A stretch of 61,820 nucleotides of DNA, filler included, from Diploschistes diacapsis (taxonomy: Eukaryota): the NCBI GenBank assembly GCA_023645945.1. It is 11 parts of 11 records of this genome, joined end to end, with 100 filler letters (N's around TTAATTAATTAA, not from the genome) between each part and the next. Parts side by side here need not be neighbours in the genome. Positions count along the whole stretch, not along the records: positions 58,364 to 61,820 come from JALAIB010001911.1; 10 more parts are not named here. One strand, given 5' to 3'. Position numbers and translations under genes: made by a program. The notes beneath the pieces were generated by a model. It did no database searches, had not been told where the DNA came from, and saw nothing but the letters and a program-made list of their open reading frames with translations. Positions 60,999-61,820 of the stretch are shown here, piece by piece; positions within the stretch are counted from its first letter, which is position 1; each line of letters opens with the position of its first letter.

Positions 60999-61409
60999 GA
61001 GGCTAGTTTGAGGCTAATATAAGTATAGGAGACGGAGTATATCAGAGGTCCGGTTGAGGGGGAAATGGCGGGGTGGAGGAGGGTCAAGAAAGAAAGAACC
61101 ATTGTTTACACAAGTGCATTTTGAGGCCACGCAGCTGAATGCCCTCCGCATGCACGAAAGCGATGAAATGTTGTCAATTTCAGATAGGAACAGAGGGTCT
61201 ATGAGACAGGATTTCCCAAGGATAGATATCAAGGTACGTGACGTTTCCTCCACTTTACTTCAAGACGATTCCGCGCCGAGGGGCAGCGGAACCATGATCC
61301 AGCAAAACCCCAACCACCGGGAGCTTGAGCCTGCTATGGAAATAACCTGGAGAAGCCTCGCCCTCCTAGCATTCAGTTTAATTCATGGAACTTTCGCAGC
61401 CTTAAACTA

Positions 61410-61820
61410 GAGTGTTGCCCCTAGTAACCGATCAGACCCTAGTAACCGATCATCCATAAGCGCTTTTTATACCTAAAATGTCCTTCCCTTTTTGATCCAT
61501 TGTAAGCTCCAAATATTTTTTTATTTTTTATTAATTTAATCCTAAATATTCTCGATAATGAAAAATGTTTTTATTGAAGCGAAAACTCGATCCTTTTTAT
61601 TATCATTCCGTGAAATCGCTCGGCGTAATGACGTCTCTTTCTCCTTCCTTCTCGATAAGTTTAATAACCGCCTTAAAAGATTTACTAGCCATTAATCACA
61701 ATAATTTTTAATTATTAATTAAAAGAATGTCCTCGCGAGATATATAAAGTATTTATAAGTCGAAAGATTCTTTATTTTTATCGCAATATTTAAAAATTTA
61801 ATTACGAAAATTTAAAATAC
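61410..61820 (+). mobile_element. RIP-degraded pogo/Fot1-type transposon left end with transposase N-terminus
   Basis: TA-flanked start, direct repeat CCCTAGTAACCGATCA x2 (61419-61452). ATG 61558 gives ...SFREIARRNDVSFSFLLDKFNN...SH*SQ*FL...*KNVLARYIKYL, resembling HTH-psq plus CENP-B HTH. Confidence 0.75.

Overview
Filamentous ascomycete (Pezizomycotina) genomic DNA with short GT-AG introns. The window is not one locus. It is 11 contigs joined by ten artificial 100-nt linkers (N44-TTAATTAATTAA-N44): one 26.1-kb gene-rich contig followed by ten contigs of about 3.46-3.48 kb in non-increasing length order. Contig 1 encodes an alpha/beta-hydrolase, a PHD-finger protein, DRS1, two small proteins, an MFS transporter, SEC63, a signal peptide peptidase and the 3' part of RRP43. 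It also holds a small cluster of orphan paralogues and ends in an inverted chimeric tail. The short contigs are gene islands (HSH49, a DUF2015 protein, HIS7, MAP2, a HeLo-like/ankyrin protein, two pseudogenes) among RIP-mutated Gypsy, Copia, Fot1/pogo, Tc1-like and hAT-like transposons. The most notable observations are: (1) HIS7 is bracketed by two inverted copies of one element, like a composite transposon, and shows signs of RIP leakage; (2) a 171-bp solo LTR, with its target-site duplication and an empty-site copy visible in the window, carries tRNA-like T-arm and D-arm motifs in permuted order; (3) a hairpin array shows paired stem substitutions; (4) an uncharacterised Cys/Trp-rich tandem gene family is missed by the ORF track. 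All calls come from manual reading and translation; no database searches were run.
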